A DNA stretch of 64,000 nucleotides from Syntrophales bacterium (GTDB lineage Bacteria; Desulfobacterota; Syntrophia; Syntrophales; CG2-30-49-12). This document shows positions 55,826 through 64,000 of the stretch, one piece after another. Position 1 is the stretch's first letter; each line of letters begins with the position of its first letter. Both the position numbers and the translations under genes were made by a program. Where the stretch lies: NCBI GenBank assembly GCA_041648505.1, contig JBAZOY010000006.1, positions 332 through 64,331 of the forward strand, given 5' to 3'. The notes under the pieces are model-generated. The model saw only the letters and a program-made list of their open reading frames with translations. It did no database searches and was not told the DNA's origin.

Positions 55826-56788
55826 TCATAGCCCACGGAGAAACTCTGGACGAAGGAGAGATGGGTCTCTTTTGGACAAGGCTGCTTCTACGATTTTCAA
55901 CATCTTTTCCTTGTCATGGGGCATTCTTCCACGAACGGAAAGGTAATTCGAGGCGTGCATGGAGCTGAAGAAGCAATCGGTAAAATCGGAATTTTCTATG
56001 ATAATTTCCAACTCTTCAAGAGAATGAAAAGGAGAGATGGGGGAAAAACTACCCTCTTTCCACTCCTGGTAGAGGGGTGTGCCGGGCGTTAATGTCAGGG
56101 TCAAGGCGCCGGCATACTCGGGATCAATTTTGCTTAGTATCTTAGATGTTTGTATGGTGTGCTTTTCGCTGCTCTCTACTCCACCAAGACCCAGAATTAC
56201 TGTAACTGAAAGGGTTATCCCTGCTTCCTTTGCCTTCCTTCCCGCTTCGATCATCTGGTCGATATTTGCCCCTTTAGAAATATGTTGCAGGATCTCATCA
56301 TCGCCGCTTTCCACTCCCATATAGACGATGCCCAGCTTGAGTTCCTTAAGGATCTTTAGCTCATCCAGGCTCCGGCGCAGGATATCCTTAGGTGTGGCGT
56401 AGGTAGCGATCCTTTCCAGATGAGGAAATTTCTCATTCAAATATTGCAGGACTTTCCTGAGTTTGGGGAAAGGGTAAACGAGGGCGTCACCGTCCTGAAA
56501 AAATATCCTTTTCCCATTCCAACTCTGGGCTATGGCATATACTATATCCGGAATGCCGGGAAGACAGCGACCGTGCTGAGCATATAAAGACAGGGCGTCA
56601 ATCTCTTTATTAACATCATCCAGCTCCCTCATTATGAGCTTGGAACCGTGGTAACTGCAGAATTTACAGCTGTTATTCGAGCAGCCACTCGTCAGGGGCA
56701 GGAAATAGCTCTTCCATTCACTTGGGGGGCGGATGATATCCGGTCTTTTAAATAAAATATCCATTCTCCTGTTATGTGAAACTAACAC
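55826..56788 (-). CDS. Radical SAM domain protein
   Basis: Cluster motif C-x4-C-x2-C (GCSNNSCKFCSY) and a GGE-like VYMGVESG. Start uncertain (56788 GTG or 56764 ATG). Confidence 0.7.
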   Translation of the reverse strand: MLVSHNRRMDILFKRPDIIRPPSEWKSYFLPLTSGCSNNSCKFCSYHGSKLIMRELDDVNKEIDALSLYAQHGRCLPGIPDIVYAIAQSWNGKRIFFQDGDALVYPFPKLRKVLQYLNEKFPHLERIATYATPKDILRRSLDELKILKELKLGIVYMGVESGDDEILQHISKGANIDQMIEAGRKAKEAGITLSVTVILGLGGVESSEKHTIQTSKILSKIDPEYAGALTLTLTPGTPLYQEWKEGSFSPISPFHSLEELEIIIENSDFTDCFFSSMHASNYLSVRGRMPHDKEKMLKIVEAALSKRDPSLLRPEFLRGL

Positions 56789-56856
56789 TTAAAATTATAT
56801 CAGTGTGCTATAGTAATTGCAAGATGAAGAAAATCAACCCGGACCGGAGGCGCCGG

Positions 56857-57885
56857 ATGAAAGCAATGGTTTTGCATGAGCTTGGCAGCTTATTAGAAAA
56901 CGAAACTCCGTTGAAATTGACTATGCTTCCAGTGCCTGTTCCAGAGGAAAAGGAAATTTTAGTCAGGGTCTCGGTTTGTGGAGTTTGTCATACCGAATTG
57001 GATGAAATAGAGGGGAGAACTCCCCCGCCACGTTTACCGGTTGTGCTCGGCCATCAGATTGTAGGAAAAGTCGAAGCGGTTGGGAGTAAGGCGAGTATCT
57101 TTAAAGTCGGTGATCGGGTTGGTATTGCCTGGATTCATTCGGCTTGTGGGAATTGTTCGTTCTGTAGGGCGGGGAAAGAAAATTTATGTAATTTTTTTAA
57201 AGCAACGGGCAGGGATGTCGATGGTGGATATGCCCAGTATATGAAGATTATGGAAGAATTTGCCTACCTTATTCCTGGCGCTTTTTCCGACGTGGAAGCA
57301 GCTCCCCTTCTTTGCGCCGGGGCTATTGGCTACAGGTCTTTGAAGCTGACAGGTCTTAAAGACGGGCAGAATCTGGGACTTGCCGGGTTCGGAGCATCCG
57401 CCCACCTGGTATTGAAGATGGTCAAACATCGCTATCCGAACACGAAGGTCTTTGTATTTGCCCGAAACACCGAGGAAAAAGCCTTTTCAAAGGAGCTTGG
57501 GGCTTACTGGGATGGGAACCACGGGGAGCTTTCACCGGAAAAACTGGATAGCATCATTGATACCACACCGGCCTGGAAACCAGTAGTTGGGGCTTTGAGG
57601 AATCTGAAGCCCGGCGGAAGATTGGTGATTAACGCTATTCGCAAAGAAGAAGCAGACAAGGAGTCTCTTTTGTGCTTGAATTATGCTGATCATCTTTGGC
57701 TGGAAAAGGAGATAAAGAGTGTAGCTAATGTGACTCGAAGCGACGTGAGAGATTTCCTGGAGTTAGCTGCTGAGATCCCTATCAAACCTGAAGTACAGGA
57801 GTTCACTCTGGAAGATGCGAACAAAGCCTTGGTGGAGCTTAAAACAAGAAAGATAAGAGGTGCAAAAGTTTTACGGATTACTTGA
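56857..57885 (+). CDS. Zinc-dependent alcohol dehydrogenase family oxidoreductase
   Basis: CGVCHTE, GHQIVG, structural Zn CGNCSFCRAGKENLC, Rossmann GFGASAH. GGAGG RBS. Confidence 0.85.
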   Translation: MKAMVLHELGSLLENETPLKLTMLPVPVPEEKEILVRVSVCGVCHTELDEIEGRTPPPRLPVVLGHQIVGKVEAVGSKASIFKVGDRVGIAWIHSACGNCSFCRAGKENLCNFFKATGRDVDGGYAQYMKIMEEFAYLIPGAFSDVEAAPLLCAGAIGYRSLKLTGLKDGQNLGLAGFGASAHLVLKMVKHRYPNTKVFVFARNTEEKAFSKELGAYWDGNHGELSPEKLDSIIDTTPAWKPVVGALRNLKPGGRLVINAIRKEEADKESLLCLNYADHLWLEKEIKSVANVTRSDVRDFLELAAEIPIKPEVQEFTLEDANKALVELKTRKIRGAKVLRIT

Positions 57886-57920
57886 GCGCCAATATCAAGA
57901 ACATTGCACATAGACTACGG

Positions 57921-58334
57921 TCATAGCTTAGATTTAAAAACTCCTTCTATTTTTGCCATCAATTCTTCCGGTGTTACCGGTTTGGCAATAAAGTTTCTTC
58001 CGCCAATTATTCCCTCCTGTGACTGGACCTCGCTTCTTGAGGCTATTGCAGTAATGAAAAGGACGGGAATACTTTTTGTTTTTGGGTTATTAAGGAGTAA
58101 TTCCGCAACCTGCCCGCCGCTCATCTCCGGCATGATAATGTCCAGAAGAACCAGATCGGGAACTTCCTTTGAAGCCATGATTATCCCGTTGGATGCGCTT
58201 GTGGTCGTCAGTACTTCGAGTTTTCCTGTTTTTTCAAGGTTAAGCTTGACAAAAAAACAGAAGTCTTCTTCGTCGTCAATGAGCAGGATTTTTTTCTTTA
58301 CAGATAGCGCTTCTGATTTATTTTCTACGTCCAT
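57921..58334 (-). CDS. Stand-alone response regulator receiver protein
   Basis: 137 aa with LLIDDEED, phospho-acceptor LVLLDIIMP and conserved Lys (AKP). Confidence 0.85.
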   Translation of the reverse strand: MDVENKSEALSVKKKILLIDDEEDFCFFVKLNLEKTGKLEVLTTTSASNGIIMASKEVPDLVLLDIIMPEMSGGQVAELLLNNPKTKSIPVLFITAIASRSEVQSQEGIIGGRNFIAKPVTPEELMAKIEGVFKSKL

Positions 58335-58405
58335 GATCTCCTCCCATACTTGTTACTTTCGTATTTTTACAAATTTTAAGTTAGATATATATGCTTTCGG
58401 GCTTT

Positions 58406-59329
58406 TCAGCAAGTATTGCTGGCGGGTAATCTGATGATGACCCGCGTTCCCTTCTCAAAATCGCTTTCTATCCGGATCGTCCCATGGTGCTTGTCAATAA
58501 TTCCTTTTGTAATAGAGAGCCCCAAACCCGCATTCCCAGGAGTATCACTTGTTGTATAGAATGGATCAAATACTTTTTCAATTTTATCTGCGGGGATGCC
58601 GCAACCCGTATCGGCAAAAACGATTTGCAGGCAGTCTTGACCCGCTTCAGTCTTTATCGAGTTTGTACTTATAGTAATATTTCCTCCATCTTGCATAGCC
58701 TCGACCGAATTCATGAGGATATTGACGAATACTTGCTTGATCTGGTTATTGTCAATATTTACTGTCGGTACATTGGGAGAGAACTGCCTGATTATTGTTA
58801 TGCGCCGGGATTTGATATGATGTTCTGTAAAAGACAGGGTTTCTTCAATGATAGGTGCAATCTCAGCTTCCTCTGTCTGAATAGGCATCTGGCGGGTAAA
58901 GCTCAATAGACCTTTTACTATGGAGTCCGCTCTGAAGGCAGATTTGTTGATCCTCTCCACAATGTCAACCAGGACAGCATCAGAGGCAACAGAGGTTTTT
59001 AAATACTCCACACCCTGGATAATAATCGCCAGAGGATTCTTCACCTCATGGGCGATGCCGGCGGCCACTATACCCAGAGCAGCGAGTTTTTCGGACTGGA
59101 TAAGTTGTTTTTGGGTTTTCTCCTTTTCTTCAAGCGCTGCCTGTCGGGAATTTATCAATGTCTGGGTGAATATCCCGTATATAATCACGAAACCGGCAAT
59201 CATTACACGTGTAAGCACTTGATCTGATGACATGGAATCGAGAATCCAGTAAATCAGCACCATGAAAAATGCAATCAGTATCAAGCCATTGCGTTCTATT
59301 TGTCGGCTAATCATATTTCCCTTTGTCAT
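58406..59329 (-). CDS. Sensor histidine kinase (short, two TM helices)
   Basis: H box GIAHEVKNPL, N/G boxes (NSVEAM, DTGCGIP, GLGLSI). Confidence 0.85.
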   Translation of the reverse strand: MTKGNMISRQIERNGLILIAFFMVLIYWILDSMSSDQVLTRVMIAGFVIIYGIFTQTLINSRQAALEEKEKTQKQLIQSEKLAALGIVAAGIAHEVKNPLAIIIQGVEYLKTSVASDAVLVDIVERINKSAFRADSIVKGLLSFTRQMPIQTEEAEIAPIIEETLSFTEHHIKSRRITIIRQFSPNVPTVNIDNNQIKQVFVNILMNSVEAMQDGGNITISTNSIKTEAGQDCLQIVFADTGCGIPADKIEKVFDPFYTTSDTPGNAGLGLSITKGIIDKHHGTIRIESDFEKGTRVIIRLPASNTC

Positions 59330-59379
59330 TTAGATTTTACCCTATTATTATCGTTGATATCTATAAATTCTCGGGCTTT

Positions 59380-61434
59380 TCAGCAAGTATTGCCGGCGGG
59401 TAATCTGATGATGACCCGCGTTCCCTTCTCTAAATCGCTTTCTATCCGGATCGTCCCATGGTGCTTGTCAATAATTCCTTTTGTAATAGAGAGCCCTAAA
59501 CCAGTATTTCCAAGAGTATTACTTGTTGTATAGAACGGATCAAACACTTTTTCAATTTTATCCGCGGGGATGCCGCAGCCCGTATCGGCGAAAACTATCT
59601 GCAGGCAGTCTTGATCCGCTTCAGTCTTGATTGAGTTTGTACTTATGGTAATAGTTCCTCCGTCTTGCATAGCTTCGACCGAGTTCAAGAGGACATTGAC
59701 GAATACTTGTTTGATCTGGTTACTGTCAATGGTTACTTTCGGTACATCGGGAGAGAACTGCCTGATTATTGTTATGCGTTTGGATTCGATATGATGTTCT
59801 GTAAAAGAGAGAGTTTCTTCGATGATAGGCGCAATCTCTGCTTCCTCTGCCTGAATAGGCATCTGACGGGTAAAACTCAGAAGGCCTTTCACTATGGAGT
59901 CTGCTCTCAGGGCAGATTTGTTGATTTTCTCCACAATGTCAACCATGCCGGCATCAGAGGCAACCGATGTTTTTAGATACTCCACGCCCTGGATAATGAT
60001 CGCCAGAGGATTCTTCACCTCATGGGCAATACCGGCGGCCAGTATGCCCACAGCGGCCAGTTTCTCGACTTGTATTAGATCCTCCTGAAGTTTTTTCTGC
60101 ATTTCTTCCACCCGTTTTTGTTCGGCAATATCTACGGCGATACCACGTAATCCAATAATTTTGTTTTCTTGTCTGACAGAATTTGCGTATACAATAACCG
60201 GGAATGTATCTCCGTCTTTTTTTAATGCTGTATATTCAACACCCCCTACATTTTCTCCATTGAGAATCTTTCTGACATTTTCAGATACTCTGTCCCTGTC
60301 TTCCGGAATGAACATGTGAATAACACTCTGGCCGTCTTCAAAATCTTTCCGGGTGTAACCGAATAACTCGAATGCCGCTCTGTTTGTGAATATTAGACTA
60401 TCATTTCGATCCGTCTCGAATACAGGCTGGGGCAGTAAATCTGCGAGTTCCCTGAATCGCGTCTCACTTTTTTTCAGGGATATCTCGGCGTGTCTGCGTA
60501 CGGCTATTTCCTGCTCCAATCTAATGTTGCGTTCCTCGATATCTTTTATGTATTCCGCCATTTTCGCATGGAGCAGAGCGTTCTCCATATTGAAGCTGAT
60601 ATCGACTAACATGGTGGAGAGAATATTTGCATCGTTCGTGTCAAAGACCTCTCCCGTTTCTTTATGTGAAAGATTAAGAACCGCTGCAACTTCACCATTT
60701 TGCCCGGAATAAACAGGCATTATCAGAAATGACGGAGATCCGTATCTGGGATTGTTTTTCTTCTTAATCCTCGCGTCATTTTCGATGTCAGTGACAAGGA
60801 GAGGTTTTTTTTCGGAAACAACGTGCTGGATCAATGAGTCGCTAATATTAATATACGAGTCCTTTTCCATGCCGGTAAGTCCCCTTGATCCGACAAGACG
60901 GAGACGCCCTGATTGAGAATCAATCACGAAAAACGACCCGATTTGTGCGTTAGTTAAAGTAAGAGCTTTATCGAGTACCTCATTCAGCAGATCCTCCGTA
61001 TTTATTTTTTGTGAAGCAGCTTTGGAGATGTCTTTGATAGCGCTTAGTTCGAGAGTTTTCTGGGTTGACAGTTTAGTTGTCTGCTCGAATTTTTGCAGGA
61101 GAGTGTTGAATGATGTGAATACGTCACCCAGTTCGGCCACATCTTTTTTCAGGTCCGTTGAGATCATCTTGCCGGACTCGGTCGCTTCTCTCAGTAATCT
61201 CGCTGCAGAGAAAATGCTGTCAAAGATATACCGGAGGATCATCATACCAGCGAGAATGAGCAGGAGAATGAAGGCGGAAACGATCAAAAGATATAAATCG
61301 AAAATGACCCCTTCCCTGTAGAGGATGTAAGAAAGAATCAGGGTAGGTAAAACAAACATCAGCGAAGAGATGATGAGGAACTGGTATTTCAATCCCTTGT
61401 TCTGCAAATCCATCTGTTCAAGCCACAATGACAC
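59380..61434 (-). CDS. Sensor histidine kinase with TM, HAMP-like, GAF and PAS modules
   Basis: 684 aa. The C-terminal approx. 235 aa are nearly identical to the 58406-59329 kinase. Confidence 0.85.
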   Translation of the reverse strand: MSLWLEQMDLQNKGLKYQFLIISSLMFVLPTLILSYILYREGVIFDLYLLIVSAFILLLILAGMMILRYIFDSIFSAARLLREATESGKMISTDLKKDVAELGDVFTSFNTLLQKFEQTTKLSTQKTLELSAIKDISKAASQKINTEDLLNEVLDKALTLTNAQIGSFFVIDSQSGRLRLVGSRGLTGMEKDSYINISDSLIQHVVSEKKPLLVTDIENDARIKKKNNPRYGSPSFLIMPVYSGQNGEVAAVLNLSHKETGEVFDTNDANILSTMLVDISFNMENALLHAKMAEYIKDIEERNIRLEQEIAVRRHAEISLKKSETRFRELADLLPQPVFETDRNDSLIFTNRAAFELFGYTRKDFEDGQSVIHMFIPEDRDRVSENVRKILNGENVGGVEYTALKKDGDTFPVIVYANSVRQENKIIGLRGIAVDIAEQKRVEEMQKKLQEDLIQVEKLAAVGILAAGIAHEVKNPLAIIIQGVEYLKTSVASDAGMVDIVEKINKSALRADSIVKGLLSFTRQMPIQAEEAEIAPIIEETLSFTEHHIESKRITIIRQFSPDVPKVTIDSNQIKQVFVNVLLNSVEAMQDGGTITISTNSIKTEADQDCLQIVFADTGCGIPADKIEKVFDPFYTTSNTLGNTGLGLSITKGIIDKHHGTIRIESDLEKGTRVIIRLPAGNTC

Positions 61435-61737
61435 TACTCTTTAACCTTTCAATAGAAAGTCTTTTTCCCGCGAAAAATCAAAAAAATGTCCCGGATTCAG
61501 TTATCAGCCCAAATGATTTCAAAATCTATTCACTTTGACAGCATGATCTCTGATGGTTTTCGTCATCATCAGAGGCTATTTAGTGGATTTTATAATAAAA
61601 TTGCAAAGTACGCAAAAAATTTTATTAAAAATTCTCATGATGACGTCCAGTGAAGCACGCGCTTAAGGATCCCGAATTGGTATGGAAACAATGATCTCTA
61701 TGATAGGGGTATCGGGCTTATGCAAGCGGTCAAGGTT

Positions 61738-62307
61738 CTAGGGCCGCGGTTTTCTGACCTCATTATATAAGAACTGGAAAGTTTCTAAAAAAATCTTCCC
61801 ATCAGATGCAGAGTCGAATTCTTTCAACCAGCCTTCAATGTACCGTATATCGATGCACGGATTTTTCATCATAACAACGCGCACATCTTCGATATCTCTG
61901 GGACGGCCTGCAAAGATCTTGTGGATAATCAGGTCTTCAAGAGAGGCAAAGCAGATGTCATGCTCCAGAATCTTTACTTTGTTCCCCTTTTTTATGGCCT
62001 GTGTCTCATAGGGGGTGAGTGAAAAGATAAAATCTACCCTGATCCCGGTGGATTCGTCCAAGGCAGGCAGAACGATTGTTTGCTTCACAAACGTTGAGAT
62101 GTCTTGAGGGAGAGGTTTGAGGGGAATCTGCTCAATAGCACAAAGAAGTCTATCGAGATGTTCAATGCCCACCCCGAGGGTAATGTCAATATCTTTGGTC
62201 AGACGGGGTTCTCCATAGAGGAGTACGGCCTGTCCTCCTATGATCATGTAGGGCAGATTGCTCTTGTCAAGGCAAACACCTATCTGGCGGAGAAGTCTGT
62301 CAAACAT
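61738..62307 (-). CDS. Minimal nucleotidyltransferase-fold protein (possible TA/Abi-type component)
   Basis: GGQAVLLYGEPRLTKDIDI (GG-x11-DxD) and a C-terminal IIHKIFAGRPRDIEDV helix motif. Confidence 0.5.
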   Translation of the reverse strand: MFDRLLRQIGVCLDKSNLPYMIIGGQAVLLYGEPRLTKDIDITLGVGIEHLDRLLCAIEQIPLKPLPQDISTFVKQTIVLPALDESTGIRVDFIFSLTPYETQAIKKGNKVKILEHDICFASLEDLIIHKIFAGRPRDIEDVRVVMMKNPCIDIRYIEGWLKEFDSASDGKIFLETFQFLYNEVRKPRP

Positions 62308-62501
62308 GAATTCAGTACCTGCGCGATTCTGATATCCGTGGCAATGTCATCAAGATGATTTTTGGGAGGAAGAACACCGAGTGAAACTCCTTCTTGCCAC
62401 ATCGATGTCAGCATATTCAGCGAGCGTGCATAAGAAATTACGGTTTCATTTCTGATGAGGTCATCTTCGAAATTTATCAATATCTCAGGGTTTGTAATCA
62501 T
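62280..62501 (-). CDS. Small hypothetical protein, possible partner of the nucleotidyltransferase
   Basis: About 73 aa from ATG 62501. The stop overlaps the downstream start by 28 nt. No family recognised. Confidence 0.35.
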   Translation of the reverse strand: MITNPEILINFEDDLIRNETVISYARSLNMLTSMWQEGVSLGVLPPKNHLDDIATDIRIAQVLNSCLTDFSAR

Positions 62502-62705
62502 ATTATTTCCATGCCATCTTTTCACGTAGCCGACAACCTTGAGTATCGGACAACATAACAGCCTTTCTGATTCTGTAGATATTTCCACTTTTCAGTATGT
62601 AAAATTTATGGATTGGGGTTTACATTATCTCCAAAGGTACAGTCCTGTTGTAATCTTAATCCTGCCATTCCGACCATAAACCACCGCTTCTCCTCAGTCC
62701 GATCC

Positions 62706-63731
62706 TTAATGGTCCGTATTATTTGCATTTACTCTACCGTCTCTTGGATTAACAGGTATTGCCGGATTCCAATCAAAGTTGGACAGCTGTTGATAAGTAT
62801 AGGTGATTGATGGTGAACAAGAGGTAATACAGTCGGTACATCCTGCATAATAGTCCATTGCCTGGCCTATGGTAAGATAAGCGGGTACGGCCGTTGTGAC
62901 ACTATAACAACTTCCGGCACTGGGAATGCGGACAGAGAAATTTCCTGCAACGGGCGCAAACACGGCCAAACGGGTGTTCTGGCTGTTGCATGCCTTGTTA
63001 TATAAGTCGCCATACGTTAGCTCGGCACCGAGGTTTCCGTACGTACTATCATTTTGCCTGCCTGCCATTTCGTATTCACGAGGTGTGCTGGCGACATTCT
63101 TTAGATTTAGTCCCGCCGGGGCATTAAAGATACTGCCTGCAGTATCGGTCTGGCTGATTATTATGGCAGCAATGGCATAGCCTTGACCCGCCGCACCGAT
63201 CTGGCCGTCGTCTGCCGCATCGTTTGTGTTTGTAACACACGGCACAACGGTTTGGGCGCCTGTATCCGTCGCATGAGACATATATTCAAATAAAACACCG
63301 CAGAATGTATCCTGTGTGGTATTGGTTAGTCCGCGCGTTCCCCCTGCAGTGTCGTAACCGATATCGTATCTGAATACGTTGCCGAAAGAATCTCTGCCTC
63401 CCGGCAGATTGATCTGCAGGGTCTGAAATGGCACATAACAGGGTGGGTTAGCACATCCTGCACAAGTACCGGCAGTAGCAGGATTTGATTGCCCTGTATT
63501 GTTCGGAGGTGTCGTTGAATTCGGACAAGGAAGCCTGCCGGTGGCCATTGCGAAATTGATAACAGCGGTTTTGATATTATCCAGGTTGGTTTTTGTGGTG
63601 GATAATCTTGTACTTTGAATTGAAGATCGAAAGATCGTGACACCCGCACTCATAATTAATCCGATTATCACAAGAACAATGGCAATCTCTATCAGGCTAA
63701 AGCCTTTTTTCTCACGTAATATCTGATTCAT
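62706..63731 (-). CDS. Large Cys-rich type IV pilin / pseudopilin-like protein
   Basis: Prepilin signal MNQILREKKG|FSLIEIAIVLVIIGLIM. About 330-aa mature part with 16 Cys. Confidence 0.75.
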   Translation of the reverse strand: MNQILREKKGFSLIEIAIVLVIIGLIMSAGVTIFRSSIQSTRLSTTKTNLDNIKTAVINFAMATGRLPCPNSTTPPNNTGQSNPATAGTCAGCANPPCYVPFQTLQINLPGGRDSFGNVFRYDIGYDTAGGTRGLTNTTQDTFCGVLFEYMSHATDTGAQTVVPCVTNTNDAADDGQIGAAGQGYAIAAIIISQTDTAGSIFNAPAGLNLKNVASTPREYEMAGRQNDSTYGNLGAELTYGDLYNKACNSQNTRLAVFAPVAGNFSVRIPSAGSCYSVTTAVPAYLTIGQAMDYYAGCTDCITSCSPSITYTYQQLSNFDWNPAIPVNPRDGRVNANNTDH

Positions 63732-63760
63732 AGGTAATTGCTCACGCTGATTAAAAATTT

Positions 63761-64000
63761 TCACAAAGGTTTGTTTGTTTCGTACTCCCTGATAAAGAGG
63801 ACGATTCCACGAATAAAGCGATTAAAATCCGGGAGATTATGGGTAATGATATCATAAATCTCATCAGGTGTAACTTCTCTATAAAAATGGACCATGCGGT
63901 TTCTGTAGCCGGCCATTTTCACGAGTAAATCGGAAAGCTCCACGGTAATAATACCTTTTTCACCAAGTTCCCTGGCGACCACTTTGTATTCAATCCCCCT
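63761..64000 (-). CDS. HepT (DUF86) toxin, C-terminal part (5' end outside window)
   Basis: R-x4-H-x-Y motif in GYRNRMVHFY. ORF open to the window edge. Confidence 0.7.
   Translation of the reverse strand, partial: RGIEYKVVARELGEKGIITVELSDLLVKMAGYRNRMVHFYREVTPDEIYDIITHNLPDFNRFIRGIVLFIREYETNKPL

Noticed and set aside
1-64000. Searched all listed ORFs for an integron integrase or any tyrosine or serine recombinase or transposase.
   Set aside because: None was recognisable (no R..HxxR..Y-type C-terminal domain, no DDE or HUH motifs). The cassette regions are therefore reported as integrase-less.
1-64000. Looked for CRISPR arrays, rRNA genes, reverse transcriptase/retron or DGR features.
   Set aside because: There are no regularly spaced short direct repeats, no rRNA-like sequence and no RT motif (YxDD) in any ORF.

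Overview
This is a 64-kb bacterial chromosomal fragment. Gene content suggests an anaerobic, Desulfobacterota-like organism, but that is inference only. Most of it is ordinary: cls', glgP, gpmA, rlmD, leuA-leuCD, phoH-pgpH-ybeY, a corrinoid uptake cluster with two cobalamin riboswitches, a TunR-like regulator with tungstate/molybdate ABC genes, a PadR-controlled MacB/FtsX-type exporter with LolA-like and beta-barrel partners, oligopeptide-type permeases, a PAS-LuxR regulator and a duplicated histidine kinase with a receiver. The unusual part is two converging sets of integron-type gene cassettes with no integrase ORF anywhere in the window (CALIN-like). One is a plus-strand set at about 3.1-7.4 kb (membrane ORF, czcD, decayed phd-parE, other fragments). 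The other is a minus-strand set at about 13.5-23.5 kb. The second set holds a visibly GC-richer 6.1-kb unit: a type III restriction-modification operon (mod, res) with a MntA/HepT toxin-antitoxin pair translationally coupled between the two genes. It also holds two single-ORF cassettes of unknown function, a chimeric cassette (5' mod fragment plus HNH nuclease) and a membrane-anchored orphan. For four cassettes the 6 nt after the upstream GTT core are the perfect complement of the cassette's own RYYYAAC core, which is the expected integron signature. Caveat: at least six frameshifts occur, several in homopolymers and some in housekeeping genes, so indel errors in the assembly are likely. All calls come from reading the sequence and from motif recall. 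No searches were run.
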